Numbered from the stretch's first letter, positions 27,369 through 36,957 are shown. The stretch is 56,410 bases of DNA from Candidatus Yanofskybacteria bacterium CG10_big_fil_rev_8_21_14_0_10_46_23 (GCA_002771135.1 PCXO01000004.1:1-56410); one strand, 5' to 3'. Made by a program: numbers and translations. Notes: generated from the letters alone by a model not told the origin.

Positions 27369-29330
27369 TTACTTTGAGGTCAGTGTGTAAATCCCGTGCC
27401 AGTCAGCCTGACCCTCCAACTCTTGGCACCGCGCCAAAAGCAATTTGGTCGGCCCATCTTCGGGATGCTTTTCCAAAATCAAACGCAGAGCCGATTTAGC
27501 CACCGCCCAGTCCCCGCGATAGTAGGCCAACAAGGCTCGCTTAAAATCTTCCTTAATCATGTTAATTTTTTTCTCATCTGCCCCCAAGATTACTTCATAA
27601 ATCTTTAAACCCTGCTCCTTCCCCTTAACCTTAACCGTATCCAGCTCTCGAATCAAAACCTTCTCCCCATGGCCTTCAATCGTAACCTCGCCAATGATAG
27701 AATCAAATTTATTTTGAGCGATCTCCTTCAGGGTCTCTTGGCCGATTATTATCTGGGCCCCATACATTTTAGTAAGACTTTCCAAACGAGAAGCGCTATT
27801 TACCGTATCCCCGATAACCGTGTAGTCGAACCGCCTCTCCGATCCCAGATTACCAACCGTCACTTCCCCGGTGTTTAAGCCCACGCCAATTTTTATCTCG
27901 GGGGAACCGAGCCGAGCCGATTCTTGATTAAAGAGGTTTAAACTTTCAATCATCTTGATTGCGGAAATAACCCCCCAACCGGCATGATTTTTATTCTCCA
28001 GTGGCGCCCCCCAAAACGCCATAACCGCATCCCCGATATATTTATCAATCACGCCTTTGTTACCGAGCACGATATCGGTCATCACCGTCAAATAACGATT
28101 CAAAAATTCGACGAGCTTCTCCGGGCTAAGACTCTCTGAGAGAGTGGTAAATCCGCGAATATCCGAGAATAAGATTGTCACGCGTCGATTCTGACCCCCT
28201 AATTTTAATTTCTCCGGTGATTCTAATAATTCTTTAACAATCTCGGGGGCAACGTACCGAGAAAAAGAGTCGGTCAAAAATCGTCGTTGGCGCGAGGCCT
28301 CTAAATAACGAAATCCGAAGGAGCCCAAGGAACTTAAAATAATCGCCAGATTGGGGTGAAAAATATCGGCTAGAAGCCCCGCGTCAAAAATAAACAAGCT
28401 GTATAAATTATAAAATCCAAACAGGATAACCAAGAGCCCAAGTCGCCAGTCTCCTCGTTTTAGATAAAAAATTATAAGGGCACTACCAAAAGAAAACAAA
28501 AGTACCAAGAGTAAATTCATCGAGACGGAGACCTCCCGAATAAACTGACCTCGGCTGATCATCTCGACGATCTGGGCCTGAATACTCACGCCACTCGCAA
28601 CCCCAAATGGCGTCTGATGAAAATCCTGCAAATCGGCCGCGGTCGCTCCAATCAAAACCGTTTTCCCCTCAAAAAAACTGGTCGGGATATTCCCTTGAAC
28701 TAGGTCAACAAAGGATACTTTTGAAAAATCAGAATCTTTTTGATTGTAATTTATCCGCTCAGAACTATTTCTGTAACTGTCCGGAACAGGGGAATTTTGA
28801 CCTTCGGCTTGAGCGATAAGAAGCCCGAAACTGTCTTGCTCACCTTGGGCCAACTGGACGCGCCGAACCAGCCCATCCGGCGAGGTGACCAGATTGGTAT
28901 AACCAACTCGACTAACCTCAACTAGGGCCCCTATAGGGCCCTCCAGACGCCCCTGAGCGTCTAAACTGGCCGATAAGACCACCGGAACCGTTGAGTTAGC
29001 AATCGCCCGCGCAAAGGCTGAATCATCCGCTTGACCAAGCCGGGAGGACTCCTTGAAATTAACGTCAATGCCGATAACCTCGGCTCCCTTAAGTTGATTG
29101 ATGGCTTGGGCGAAAACGACTCGCGGCCAAGGCCACTGGCCAATCTTTTGCAAACTAACCTCATCAATCTCGACAATTAAAATCCGTTCTGATTTTTGGT
29201 TGGTACTGAAAAGAAGGTCCCCCACTCGATCCTTCCAAACGGAGAAAGTCCCGAAAACTAAAGCGCCAGCCAAGAAGACCGCGACTACAAGTGGGATGGC
29301 TAGGTTAGTTTTATTTTTGACCCGAAACAT
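27369..29330 (-). CDS. Class III adenylate cyclase with extracellular CHASE2 domain
   Basis: IGQWPWPR and DGLVRR (CHASE2), 3 TM, LFSDIRGFT, KYIGDAVMAFWG, FDYTVIGDTVNSASRLE; K/D residues of ATP specificity. Confidence 0.93.
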   Translation of the reverse strand: MFRVKNKTNLAIPLVVAVFLAGALVFGTFSVWKDRVGDLLFSTNQKSERILIVEIDEVSLQKIGQWPWPRVVFAQAINQLKGAEVIGIDVNFKESSRLGQADDSAFARAIANSTVPVVLSASLDAQGRLEGPIGALVEVSRVGYTNLVTSPDGLVRRVQLAQGEQDSFGLLIAQAEGQNSPVPDSYRNSSERINYNQKDSDFSKVSFVDLVQGNIPTSFFEGKTVLIGATAADLQDFHQTPFGVASGVSIQAQIVEMISRGQFIREVSVSMNLLLVLLFSFGSALIIFYLKRGDWRLGLLVILFGFYNLYSLFIFDAGLLADIFHPNLAIILSSLGSFGFRYLEASRQRRFLTDSFSRYVAPEIVKELLESPEKLKLGGQNRRVTILFSDIRGFTTLSESLSPEKLVEFLNRYLTVMTDIVLGNKGVIDKYIGDAVMAFWGAPLENKNHAGWGVISAIKMIESLNLFNQESARLGSPEIKIGVGLNTGEVTVGNLGSERRFDYTVIGDTVNSASRLESLTKMYGAQIIIGQETLKEIAQNKFDSIIGEVTIEGHGEKVLIRELDTVKVKGKEQGLKIYEVILGADEKKINMIKEDFKRALLAYYRGDWAVAKSALRLILEKHPEDGPTKLLLARCQELEGQADWHGIYTLTSK

Positions 29331-30463
29331 TATTGTAGGGTTAGGGCCTCAAAGAGAGTCTCCGTCCCATAAGGGCTGACCACGGAAACATCATAGACAC
29401 CGGGCTCAAAACTATTGGAGACATAGGCAAAGATTGTCAGGGAATCAATTTTACCGAAGCGAACACTTTCCCCCCCAATTCGGACATCCGTCACGGAGCT
29501 AAGATAATTACCGTTTATTGAGAAGCTAACCTCCCCGTTCGCCTCTGAAACATTAACCTGTTTTGGGGAAACAGAGAAAAGAACCGGCGAATTTGGGGTC
29601 GGAACAGGGGTCGGCGTGGGGGTAGGCGTGGGCGTCGGGGTCGGCGTTGCTGTTGGGCTAGGCGGTGGAGTTTTAGTTATCTGAGGTGAGGGGGTCGGCG
29701 TTGACCGGGGCGTAGCGGAGATCCTCGGCGTGGGGGTCGGCGTTTCATCGCTCAACAGCTCCCTCACAAAATCAAAATCATCGATATCCTCAAAATTGTC
29801 TCGAATTATAAGTCGGTCCAGATCAGCGCGAGTTATCTTTTCCTTTTTTATTTCGCTAGAATCCTTGGGTAAATTCTTGGAATCAATTTTTATCTTGTAA
29901 CCCGCCTCAACGTCTACGCCCGCCAAATCAATAAGCTGACCCGTTTTGGGATCAATCGCTTGGCCCCGGACAACCCCCTCAAAAACCAAGAGATAGGAAA
30001 GCCCGTCGATGTACTCGGTTAAAAAGATTGTCCCTCGAACTGAGGCCACCATATTCCCCGTCTGGACCTGATAAACGTCTCCTTTCCCGCTAACATTTTT
30101 TACCCTTGACCACATGCTCCCCGCCTTTAATTCCATCTGCGACTTGTCGCCGTTTGTCTCGGCCTGAACTAAAACCAGCTGGGCGTTATTTCCCAGAGAG
30201 GTAACGGTATTATTTGGAAACAAAATCGAAGCGCGTCCGGTTTCTTTGGTACTTATCTCCGACCCTAAAGCAAGCTGATTTTCACCAGAGATTTGAGAAA
30301 ATTGACTGGCTTGATCCGAACGAGCTTCAACTTGTTCCTGAAGGGCTACAACGGTAAAAGTGGGTGAATCGGAAGAAATTGGCTCCCCGTCTTGATTGCC
30401 TTTAAAAAGGAAGACTCCTCCGATAATCAAGGCCCCCAGAACAATTACGATGATTACCTTCAT
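29330..30463 (-). CDS. Membrane-anchored FecR-domain protein with Pro/Thr linker and C-terminal IPT/TIG domain
   Basis: N-terminal TM; GRASILF, TGNMVASVRGT, VFEG (FecR); PT repeats; SVSP...INGNYL...VRIGG (IPT); TAATG overlap with the cyclase start. Confidence 0.82.
   Translation of the reverse strand: MKVIIVIVLGALIIGGVFLFKGNQDGEPISSDSPTFTVVALQEQVEARSDQASQFSQISGENQLALGSEISTKETGRASILFPNNTVTSLGNNAQLVLVQAETNGDKSQMELKAGSMWSRVKNVSGKGDVYQVQTGNMVASVRGTIFLTEYIDGLSYLLVFEGVVRGQAIDPKTGQLIDLAGVDVEAGYKIKIDSKNLPKDSSEIKKEKITRADLDRLIIRDNFEDIDDFDFVRELLSDETPTPTPRISATPRSTPTPSPQITKTPPPSPTATPTPTPTPTPTPTPVPTPNSPVLFSVSPKQVNVSEANGEVSFSINGNYLSSVTDVRIGGESVRFGKIDSLTIFAYVSNSFEPGVYDVSVVSPYGTETLFEALTLQ
29594..29743 (-). 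repeat. Pro-Thr coding low-complexity repeat
   Basis: Encodes TPTPTPRISATPRSTPTP...PTPTPTPTPVPTP. Confidence 0.85.
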
Positions 30464-30541
30464 ATTTGGTGTTCCAATTTAAGCATTAAGTGATAAGACC
30501 GTCCAATAAAAAGTGGCCCAGCGTATTTTTTGATTTGAATT

Positions 30542-31099
30542 TTAGAGGTCGTTCTCCCAGCCCTGAGGATGAAAACGACGATAATGGCTAATCGCTTTTA
30601 GAATCTTTTCCCGGATTGCTGTTGGGTCGGGAACTTGTTCAAATAAAAAGTTTCGTTCCGTGCCAGCCGTCTGAATTTCGACATCGCCAAATTTCAAAAT
30701 TGTGGCAAAAAAACCGGTTATCCGGGTCGTAACGTCTTGAACTTTGTCAATTTTAGCCTCGGCCACGATTCGCTTAAAAAATCCGAGTTGCCGACTATCG
30801 ATAATGCGATGATCGGTTACAATCCAGACATCAAGAAGATAGAGCATAATTCTATAGCCGAAACTCATCCACCAGATTAAATAAAAAATAGCCGCCCCAA
30901 ACCAGAAGAGCGATCCAAAGCCGTTACTGATAATAATATCTCCCCATAGGCCTCGAATTAGCACCGGGATAAAAGCTAACAAGATATAACCGATAATCGG
31001 AATTAAAATAACAAACCAATGTCGACGCAAAAGCAGAACGACTTGTTCATCTTTATACTGCTCTGAAAAGCTGAATTTGGTTTCCGTTAAAAAACTCAC
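30542..31099 (-). CDS. Bacterial PH (bPH_2) domain membrane protein
   Basis: 2 TM then VWIVTDHRII...KVQDV...FGDVEIQTAG. Confidence 0.85.
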   Translation of the reverse strand: MSFLTETKFSFSEQYKDEQVVLLLRRHWFVILIPIIGYILLAFIPVLIRGLWGDIIISNGFGSLFWFGAAIFYLIWWMSFGYRIMLYLLDVWIVTDHRIIDSRQLGFFKRIVAEAKIDKVQDVTTRITGFFATILKFGDVEIQTAGTERNFLFEQVPDPTAIREKILKAISHYRRFHPQGWENDL

Positions 31100-31101
31100 A
31101 A

Positions 31102-31404
31102 TTATGGGATATTGGCCTCCGGAATTCGAAAATCAATTTCCGAAATCAACTTTTGAAAACCGATAAATATCTCTTTGGGATCCAGATTATAAAATCCGGC
31201 AACATTCGCTCCGAAAATAAGAATTGCGCCGATAAAGAAGACCAGAGCAAACAACTTGGGGTGACTGCCTATGCCGAAACGAATCAAGTGATACTCGATT
31301 ATAAAGACTTGGATGATATAAAAGGCAACAATAACCCCGACCGAAAGAGCTAAATAATTTAACTCTAATAACGGAGTGATATCGATGGGGAGATTAAATA
31401 TCAT
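31102..31404 (-). CDS. Hypothetical membrane protein
   Basis: 2 TM, YHLIRFG motif; 2 nt from the next gene. Confidence 0.7.
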   Translation of the reverse strand: MIFNLPIDITPLLELNYLALSVGVIVAFYIIQVFIIEYHLIRFGIGSHPKLFALVFFIGAILIFGANVAGFYNLDPKEIFIGFQKLISEIDFRIPEANIP

Positions 31405-31446
31405 TCTTTTCTATTATAGCATCACCTCGGTGGTTGCGCCGTCAAA

Positions 31447-31761
31447 TTAATTTAATTTTACCGCCGTACCGTAGGCCAAAAGTTCGGCCGCCCCCGTCAT
31501 AATTTGGGAGGTCGCAAAGCGAATATTAATGACGGCATCCGCTCCCAGATCGTTGGCCTGCGCCGCCATTCTCTCGATAGCTTGCTCTCGCGCCTCGGTC
31601 AAGGCTTGGACATATTCCTTGATCTCACCGCCAACTAAATTTCGCAATCCCGCCATAATATCTTTACCAAGATGTTTAGCCCGGATAGTATTGCCCCGAA
31701 CCACCCCCAGAATCTGGGTTACCTCACGACCGGGGATCGATTCTGTCGTTGTCATTATCAT
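31447..31761 (-). CDS. YbjQ/UPF0145 family protein
   Basis: TTTESIPG, GLRNLVGGEIKEY, LGADAVINIRF, AYGTAV. Confidence 0.93.
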   Translation of the reverse strand: MIMTTTESIPGREVTQILGVVRGNTIRAKHLGKDIMAGLRNLVGGEIKEYVQALTEAREQAIERMAAQANDLGADAVINIRFATSQIMTGAAELLAYGTAVKLN

Positions 31762-31782
31762 ACCTTTATTTTATTAAAAAAA

Positions 31783-32397
31783 TCATCGATTGACCAAGAG
31801 CGGAAGTGGATTTATCGCTTGTCTCGATTCATAAACGCCAAGATGAAGATGGTCGGGAGTTGTTTGAGCATTGCCGGTATTACCGACAAAACCAATTACG
31901 GTATCTGTTGTCACCCGCTGACCAACTTGGAGACCTTGGGGGAAACGATCAAGGTGGGCATAGTAGTAGCGCCGCCCACCCGCTCCGGTAATATTGACAT
32001 AATTCCCGCCTAAATTACCTTGTCCGATTCGGGTGACGTAGCCATTGGTTGCCGAAAATATCGGTGTTCCTTTGGGCGCAAAAATATCTTGGCCCTCATG
32101 GCTTCGTTCGCCATCTCGAGGGGAGCCAAAGGTGTCGGCCACTCCCTCAACTCGACTGCCCAAAACCGGTATTAGAATTTGAGAATCAACTTCTTGCAGT
32201 GACAGCTGGGCCAATTTAATCGGTAAGGTTAACCGCCCCAAGAAACCGGCCACTCGATCCCCAATCGCCAAAGTAAGATTGGGGTATCTTTCCGGGAAAT
32301 TACTGGCCGAAACCCCTACATAAAAAACAGCGCTTAGCCCGACAAGAGCAATCGCGATAAATCTTAGAAACCTAAAAGCATTTAGCTTCATATCCAT
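31783..32397 (-). CDS. M23 family metallopeptidase
   Basis: HEGQD (HxxxD), YYAHLD, HLH; N-terminal TM. Confidence 0.92.
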   Translation of the reverse strand: MDMKLNAFRFLRFIAIALVGLSAVFYVGVSASNFPERYPNLTLAIGDRVAGFLGRLTLPIKLAQLSLQEVDSQILIPVLGSRVEGVADTFGSPRDGERSHEGQDIFAPKGTPIFSATNGYVTRIGQGNLGGNYVNITGAGGRRYYYAHLDRFPQGLQVGQRVTTDTVIGFVGNTGNAQTTPDHLHLGVYESRQAINPLPLLVNR

Positions 32398-32467
32398 TCC
32401 ATTAAATTATCCCAGAAAAATTAAAAACCCCCAAACAAAAACCGCCCAAGGATTTGAGCAGTCACTC

Positions 32468-32499
32468 CCCCCTGTTCCGCCAACTGGCGGAACAGGGGG
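32468..32499. repeat. Perfect 14-bp inverted repeat with CCGCC-aact-GGCGG core
   Basis: CCCCCTGTTCCGCC-AACT-GGCGGAACAGGGGG; no adjacent U-tract. Confidence 0.75.
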
Positions 32500-32519
32500 C
32501 AAACAAGGTTTTACAAATT

Positions 32520-33725
32520 TTATGACCCGATAAACAATTGATTTCCTAAGTTTAGCTCATTTTCAATCTCGCTCTCAACTTCAGAATCAATCTCTAGGTC
32601 TAGGTCCAGCTCGGCCTCAGTCTCGCCTTCGGCCTCAATATCAAGCTGATCTCCGATTCTGAGCAAATCTTTTACCTGATCGGCCGCTTGTAATCGAGCT
32701 TTAATTTTTGATTCTATTTCTAGGGCCGCTTCAACGGCTACCTGCGCCTCGGTTATCGCCTGAAAGTGATTTTCTCTTTCTAGGGCTTCTTGCGCTCGGA
32801 TTAGCGCATTTTGAGCATCTCGAAGTTGACCTCGGATTTCTATGGTCAGAGCGTTTTGAGTAGCAGCCTCATCCGCAATTCGAGTCGCCATGTTTACCCG
32901 ACTCTCTCCGGCTTGAACTCTTTCACGGGCTTCAACCACAAGCATCGCCTCGCCCCGAGCCTGAACCTCCGAGCGGAATCTCGCCTCAAGGCCACTCGCT
33001 CGGGCTTCAATTCTATCGCGAGCCGAAACAATTGAGTCAATCGCTGTTTCTAAGCCCCGGTTCGCCACAGGAGGGATTCTTAGCCTCAAGCCGGATAAGA
33101 GCTCGGCGTTCGCTTCCAAAGTTGCCGCCGCGCGGGAGTTTATTTCCAAAGCAACCCGAGTGTTCGACTCATTTTCCAAAGATTCGATTCGGGCTTGAAC
33201 TTTATCTTGCTGGGCCCCGAACCGGACCGTGGCCTCTGTCTGAGCTTGGGCGTCGACCTCGGCTTGAACGCTAACCTTGGCCAATTCTCCCAGTCTTTTC
33301 TGCATCAGCTTAACCTCGTATTCAGCTTGGTTCTGAGCGCCAACCGTTATAGCGGAGCGGGCCCTTTCGTTAACGTTGACCTTCCAGCTATATAAAGGCT
33401 CGCTCGGAACCGCCGCCTCGGCCGCCGCGCCAACACCACCAACTAGGGCTAAAATAAGGCCAAGGGCAAGTGTCATCTTCATACCTAGGGACGAAAGTCT
33501 CAGTTGGTAGAACATCCCCCGAAAAGTGGGCTGTTCTAAAAACGAACTGCCGTCAGTTACTCTCTGTCTCTGACGACTTGACTTGAGCTCTTTTGTTACA
33601 CTGTCCGGAATCGGGTTGTCTTTAGTGTAGAGAATAATTTTTCGTTCAAGCGAATCAGACCACTCCTTGGAATGAAGGGGCTTATTTCTAAACTGTTTCA
33701 GTTTTTTTTCTAAATCTTTGGCCAT
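32520..33725 (-). CDS. DUF5667-domain membrane protein, candidate anti-sigma factor
   Basis: Cytoplasmic N-terminus, one TM, AVPSEPLYSWKVNVNE (DUF5667 pattern), helical body, acidic tail; 6 nt after the ECF sigma gene. Confidence 0.7.
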   Translation of the reverse strand: MAKDLEKKLKQFRNKPLHSKEWSDSLERKIILYTKDNPIPDSVTKELKSSRQRQRVTDGSSFLEQPTFRGMFYQLRLSSLGMKMTLALGLILALVGGVGAAAEAAVPSEPLYSWKVNVNERARSAITVGAQNQAEYEVKLMQKRLGELAKVSVQAEVDAQAQTEATVRFGAQQDKVQARIESLENESNTRVALEINSRAAATLEANAELLSGLRLRIPPVANRGLETAIDSIVSARDRIEARASGLEARFRSEVQARGEAMLVVEARERVQAGESRVNMATRIADEAATQNALTIEIRGQLRDAQNALIRAQEALERENHFQAITEAQVAVEAALEIESKIKARLQAADQVKDLLRIGDQLDIEAEGETEAELDLDLEIDSEVESEIENELNLGNQLFIGS

Positions 33726-33731
33726 ATATTT

Positions 33732-34247
33732 TTACCGCATTGCTTCTTTTAACTTATTCCTGGCTCGATGCAATCGGACTCGAACATTGCCTTCGGTTAA
33801 TCCCAAAATTTCGGCAATCTCCGACAAATCCAAATCTTCGACATAGTAAAGGATCATCACCTCTCGATATTCCGGTTTTAATTGATCCAGCTCTTCTTGC
33901 GCTTCCTGATATAATTCTTTCTCCTGATTATCGGCTAATAGATCCGTCTCATCGGGGAGATCTCGCTCTCGCCCCTCCTGATTGATCAATGGCTCGCTAT
34001 GTTTTCTATCAATCTCTCTTTTTGAATACAAATCAATCACCTGATTATGGGCGACTCTAAAAAGAAACGCTCTGAAGTTTTCTATCTCATTTCCTTGTAT
34101 CAAATAATCCCAAGTTCTTAAGAAAGTTTGTTCAGTCAGATCCTCAGCATCTTCCTTAGAATTGAGGCGGAACAGGCAGTATTTATAAATCTTAGGAAAA
34201 TACTGCCTGTACACCGCCACAAATTTTTTGCCTTGACCCTCGTTCAT
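33732..34247 (-). CDS. ECF-type RNA polymerase sigma-70 factor
   Basis: KIYKYCLFRLNSKEDAEDLTEQTF, FRAFLFRVAHN (region 2); EIAEILGLTEGNVRVRLHRAR (region 4). Confidence 0.95.
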   Translation of the reverse strand: MNEGQGKKFVAVYRQYFPKIYKYCLFRLNSKEDAEDLTEQTFLRTWDYLIQGNEIENFRAFLFRVAHNQVIDLYSKREIDRKHSEPLINQEGRERDLPDETDLLADNQEKELYQEAQEELDQLKPEYREVMILYYVEDLDLSEIAEILGLTEGNVRVRLHRARNKLKEAMR

Positions 34248-34249
34248 AC

Positions 34250-34276
34250 AGACTAAATTAACATCTTTTTGTTACA
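34250..34276 (-). promoter_or_regulatory. Possible ECF-type autoregulatory promoter
   Basis: TGTAAC-N17-GTCT ending 2 nt before the sigma ATG (AAC/GTC pattern of ECF promoters). Confidence 0.3.
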
Positions 34277-34345
34277 CTTTAAAAATTGGCGGAGGGTGCT
34301 AAGAGAGACGGCCCGTCTCCCCCCCAATTGGTTTATTCTCTAAAT

Positions 34346-34528
34346 TCAAGCCCCGAAAAAGGCAAGGGCTCTATAAACCAAAAAGGCCGGCCAAAGGATA
34401 GCCTTAGCGATTCCGATTATGCCCGCCCAGAAAGTTGTGGCCTGGGAGAGATAGTAGATAGCGGCGCCGATCAGGCCGAGCCCGTAAACAGCCCCCGTCG
34501 TCCCGCTATCATTAATGTACTTGGTCAT
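34346..34528 (-). CDS. Small two-TM hypothetical protein
   Basis: GAVYGLGLIGAAIYY...KAILWPAFLVY; ATG 34528. Confidence 0.8.
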   Translation of the reverse strand: MTKYINDSGTTGAVYGLGLIGAAIYYLSQATTFWAGIIGIAKAILWPAFLVYRALAFFGA

Positions 34529-34556
34529 ATTCAAATCCTACCAAACCTTAGCCCAA

Positions 34557-34582
34557 ACAAAAAGTCCGCGCAGGCGGACTTT
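34557..34582 (-). terminator. Intrinsic terminator
   Basis: AAAGTCCGC-4nt-GCGGACTTT plus T-run, overlapping the stop codon. Confidence 0.7.
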
Positions 34583-35012
34583 AGCGTGAGCCCAGATCAA
34601 CGTGGGTAAGACCGAGTTCTTCTAGCCGAGACTTCAAGCCCCGGATTGCTTCTCGCCAATCAAATGACCTTACGAAGCCCTTTTGGTTGGTGAGAAAGTC
34701 TATAAAGGATTGCAAGGCGATTCGAAGATCGAGAGAACCGCCTACTGAAGCCCCGGAACCCTCGGCAAAACGTTTGGCCCCCTCGATATTGAAGCCAACC
34801 ACCGTAGAAGTCAAGATGGGATGATTTTTGAATACGAGCACCAACTTGATGCCCGTTATGGGGATCTCGGTCACGCTACAATCCTCAAACAAGACCTGAA
34901 TCCAATCCAGATTTTGATTGTAGATAGCATAGGGTCGAAATTCTGAACCGCCCCGAAAATAATCCCTAACGAGCCTAGTTAATTCTTCGGCTCTCTCCGG
35001 TTGATCTGACAT
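34581..35012 (-). CDS. Hypothetical protein (about 143 aa)
   Basis: ATG 35012 (MSDQPER...) follows AGGAGG; own terminator. Confidence 0.72.
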   Translation of the reverse strand: MSDQPERAEELTRLVRDYFRGGSEFRPYAIYNQNLDWIQVLFEDCSVTEIPITGIKLVLVFKNHPILTSTVVGFNIEGAKRFAEGSGASVGGSLDLRIALQSFIDFLTNQKGFVRSFDWREAIRGLKSRLEELGLTHVDLGSR

Positions 35013-35187
35013 CGTCGTAACCCTCCTAATTGTCAAGAATCAAGAATGTGCGCTTTGGTACTGAATAATTTTAACACTTTAATCCTTAGAGCAATCCCCC
35101 GGAATCTTAACCTCACCAGATCTTTTTAGAAACTTTCATAATTCTATCAGCTTTGACCTTGGGCCGACAAGAATCTAGAATAGAAAG

Positions 35188-35403
35188 ATGAAAAAGAAAA
35201 ACCTCTTTGTTTACTTCGGTAAAAACCTAAGCATTGTCATCAGCTTGGTTTTAATTTGGCGGGGTGTTTGGTATATTCTTGATTTTTTTGACGAAATTGT
35301 CCTGAATAACTCCCACATCTACACGGCTGTTGGCGGGATAATTCTCGGCCTCGTCATTCTATACTTACCCGATAAAGACCTCAAAGAGATTGAGAAGCTA
35401 TAG
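35188..35403 (+). CDS. Small two-TM hypothetical protein
   Basis: LIWRGVWYILD...LYLPDKDLKE. Confidence 0.75.
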   Translation: MKKKNLFVYFGKNLSIVISLVLIWRGVWYILDFFDEIVLNNSHIYTAVGGIILGLVILYLPDKDLKEIEKL

Positions 35404-35405
35404 AA

Positions 35406-36770
35406 TTAAATCTTCTGAGGCGCTCCTTGGCTTAAGGCGCGCCACTCTTCATCCCTGATCGGGAATATCTCGCTATAATCATGGCCCAATAATTCCCACT
35501 TCGGATAGCAATTCTGGGCCAATAAATTTTTGCTGTAAGGCGTCTCCCCGCACTGGAGTTCGTGCCAAAATCCAGATGAATCAACTCGGTAAACAGAGCT
35601 ATCTCCTCCCTCGATCCGTTGGGCAAAATCAGAAAACTCGTAAGAAACCAGACCCCCCTTGGGAACTTTTAGGACTTTTTCGGAGTCTATGTTCCCGAAA
35701 AATTGTCTCTTTAATCTTTTATCACCAACTATATTAATTAAAAATAAATCCGAGGCGCCCTCTTCTTGAACTAGGTCCCCCGCTTTCAAAGCCTGTGGCG
35801 AGACGACCACCACTTTATCCACGTCGGAGTGGACTGTAATCGCGGTCCCGACTTCAGCCCAATCGAAAACCGCTTCGGACACGCCTTCCCCCAGCCGAAC
35901 ACAGCCCCCGGAATACCTTGTCGCCAAGAGGGTCCCATTGGGCCAATAGGGCCAACCGTGAATAAAATAGTCCCCCGAATATTGCATTGCTTGAGGCATC
36001 CAGACTTTAGCCAAACTTGAGAAATGTCTTGGTTCTTTGGTTTTAACCGTGAAAGTTCCCTCTCGAGTTGGCGAGGACCAGGGATTCCCCTTGGCCGCTA
36101 TCGGATATCGAGCGATAGCAAAACCATCTTCCAATAGACTTATCGTCATCGCCTCCAAATTAACGTCAATTGATTTCACCGCTATCCCCGGAATCCGCTC
36201 TCTCCCAACCGGCTCGCCCTCCTTTCTATCCTCAAATTCCGATTTAGTTGCGACAAAATTAAACTTCTGGCCCACTCCAAAGATTCGGCCAAAAATATTG
36301 ACTCCCCGTTTAAAATTAACTTGGTAGTTTTGACCTAAAGCAAAGCCGTTATGGGGCGCGAAATGGAGCTGATTTGTTTCGTCAACCCAAACTAGATCAC
36401 CCGAGACATCCGGTTCTATGGAAAAACGCGGCTGCGCCAATTCTTCAGTAATTTTTTTATTAAAATCCAAGATGATTTCATCCCCAATTTCTGAATATTG
36501 ACGATAGACAATATTGATTGGCTTAGCCGTTTTTCCCCAAACCAGAACCCCGCTCCCAACTAAAATCGCAAGACAAATTAAAATTAAGCCCATTACAATC
36601 AACCATTTTTTCTGTTTTTGAGGAGTACTAGCAACCCCTAGAATTTTCTCAAACCCGGCCTCAATATCCGTCTCGGGCCAACCCAAAAGCAGAAGCTCTT
36701 TTCGAGCCTCTGCCTTCAAATTCAAACGAACCATTTCCCTTATATAAGATTCTAGTTCTGGAGTAACCAT
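35406..36770 (-). CDS. L,D-transpeptidase (YkuD) with Ig-like domain, membrane anchored
   Basis: TM; Ig-like segment; YFIHGWP...SGGCVRL catalytic His/Cys. Confidence 0.88.
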   Translation of the reverse strand: MVTPELESYIREMVRLNLKAEARKELLLLGWPETDIEAGFEKILGVASTPQKQKKWLIVMGLILICLAILVGSGVLVWGKTAKPINIVYRQYSEIGDEIILDFNKKITEELAQPRFSIEPDVSGDLVWVDETNQLHFAPHNGFALGQNYQVNFKRGVNIFGRIFGVGQKFNFVATKSEFEDRKEGEPVGRERIPGIAVKSIDVNLEAMTISLLEDGFAIARYPIAAKGNPWSSPTREGTFTVKTKEPRHFSSLAKVWMPQAMQYSGDYFIHGWPYWPNGTLLATRYSGGCVRLGEGVSEAVFDWAEVGTAITVHSDVDKVVVVSPQALKAGDLVQEEGASDLFLINIVGDKRLKRQFFGNIDSEKVLKVPKGGLVSYEFSDFAQRIEGGDSSVYRVDSSGFWHELQCGETPYSKNLLAQNCYPKWELLGHDYSEIFPIRDEEWRALSQGAPQKI

Positions 36771-36781
36771 TAGTGTCCGCC

Positions 36782-36907
36782 CTATTTGCCCCCTTTCTTT
36801 CTCTCCGCTCTTTTAGCCAACATCTCGTGTTTTATCGCTAGCCTCTTTTTGGTTTTATAAGATCGAGTTTTTCTTTTTCGACCTACGCCCGTTCTTCGTT
36901 TAGCCAT
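36782..36907 (-). CDS. Small, very basic protein (41 aa), below the ORF-track cut-off
   Basis: Manual translation MAKRRTGVGRKRKTRSYKTKKRLAIKHEMLAKRAERKKGGK; fills the intergenic gap, co-oriented with neighbours. Confidence 0.7.
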   Translation of the reverse strand: MAKRRTGVGRKRKTRSYKTKKRLAIKHEMLAKRAERKKGGK

Positions 36908-36957
36908 ATAGAAAGAATATACACTATTTATCCGAAATAGTCTTGGCTATTGCTTTC

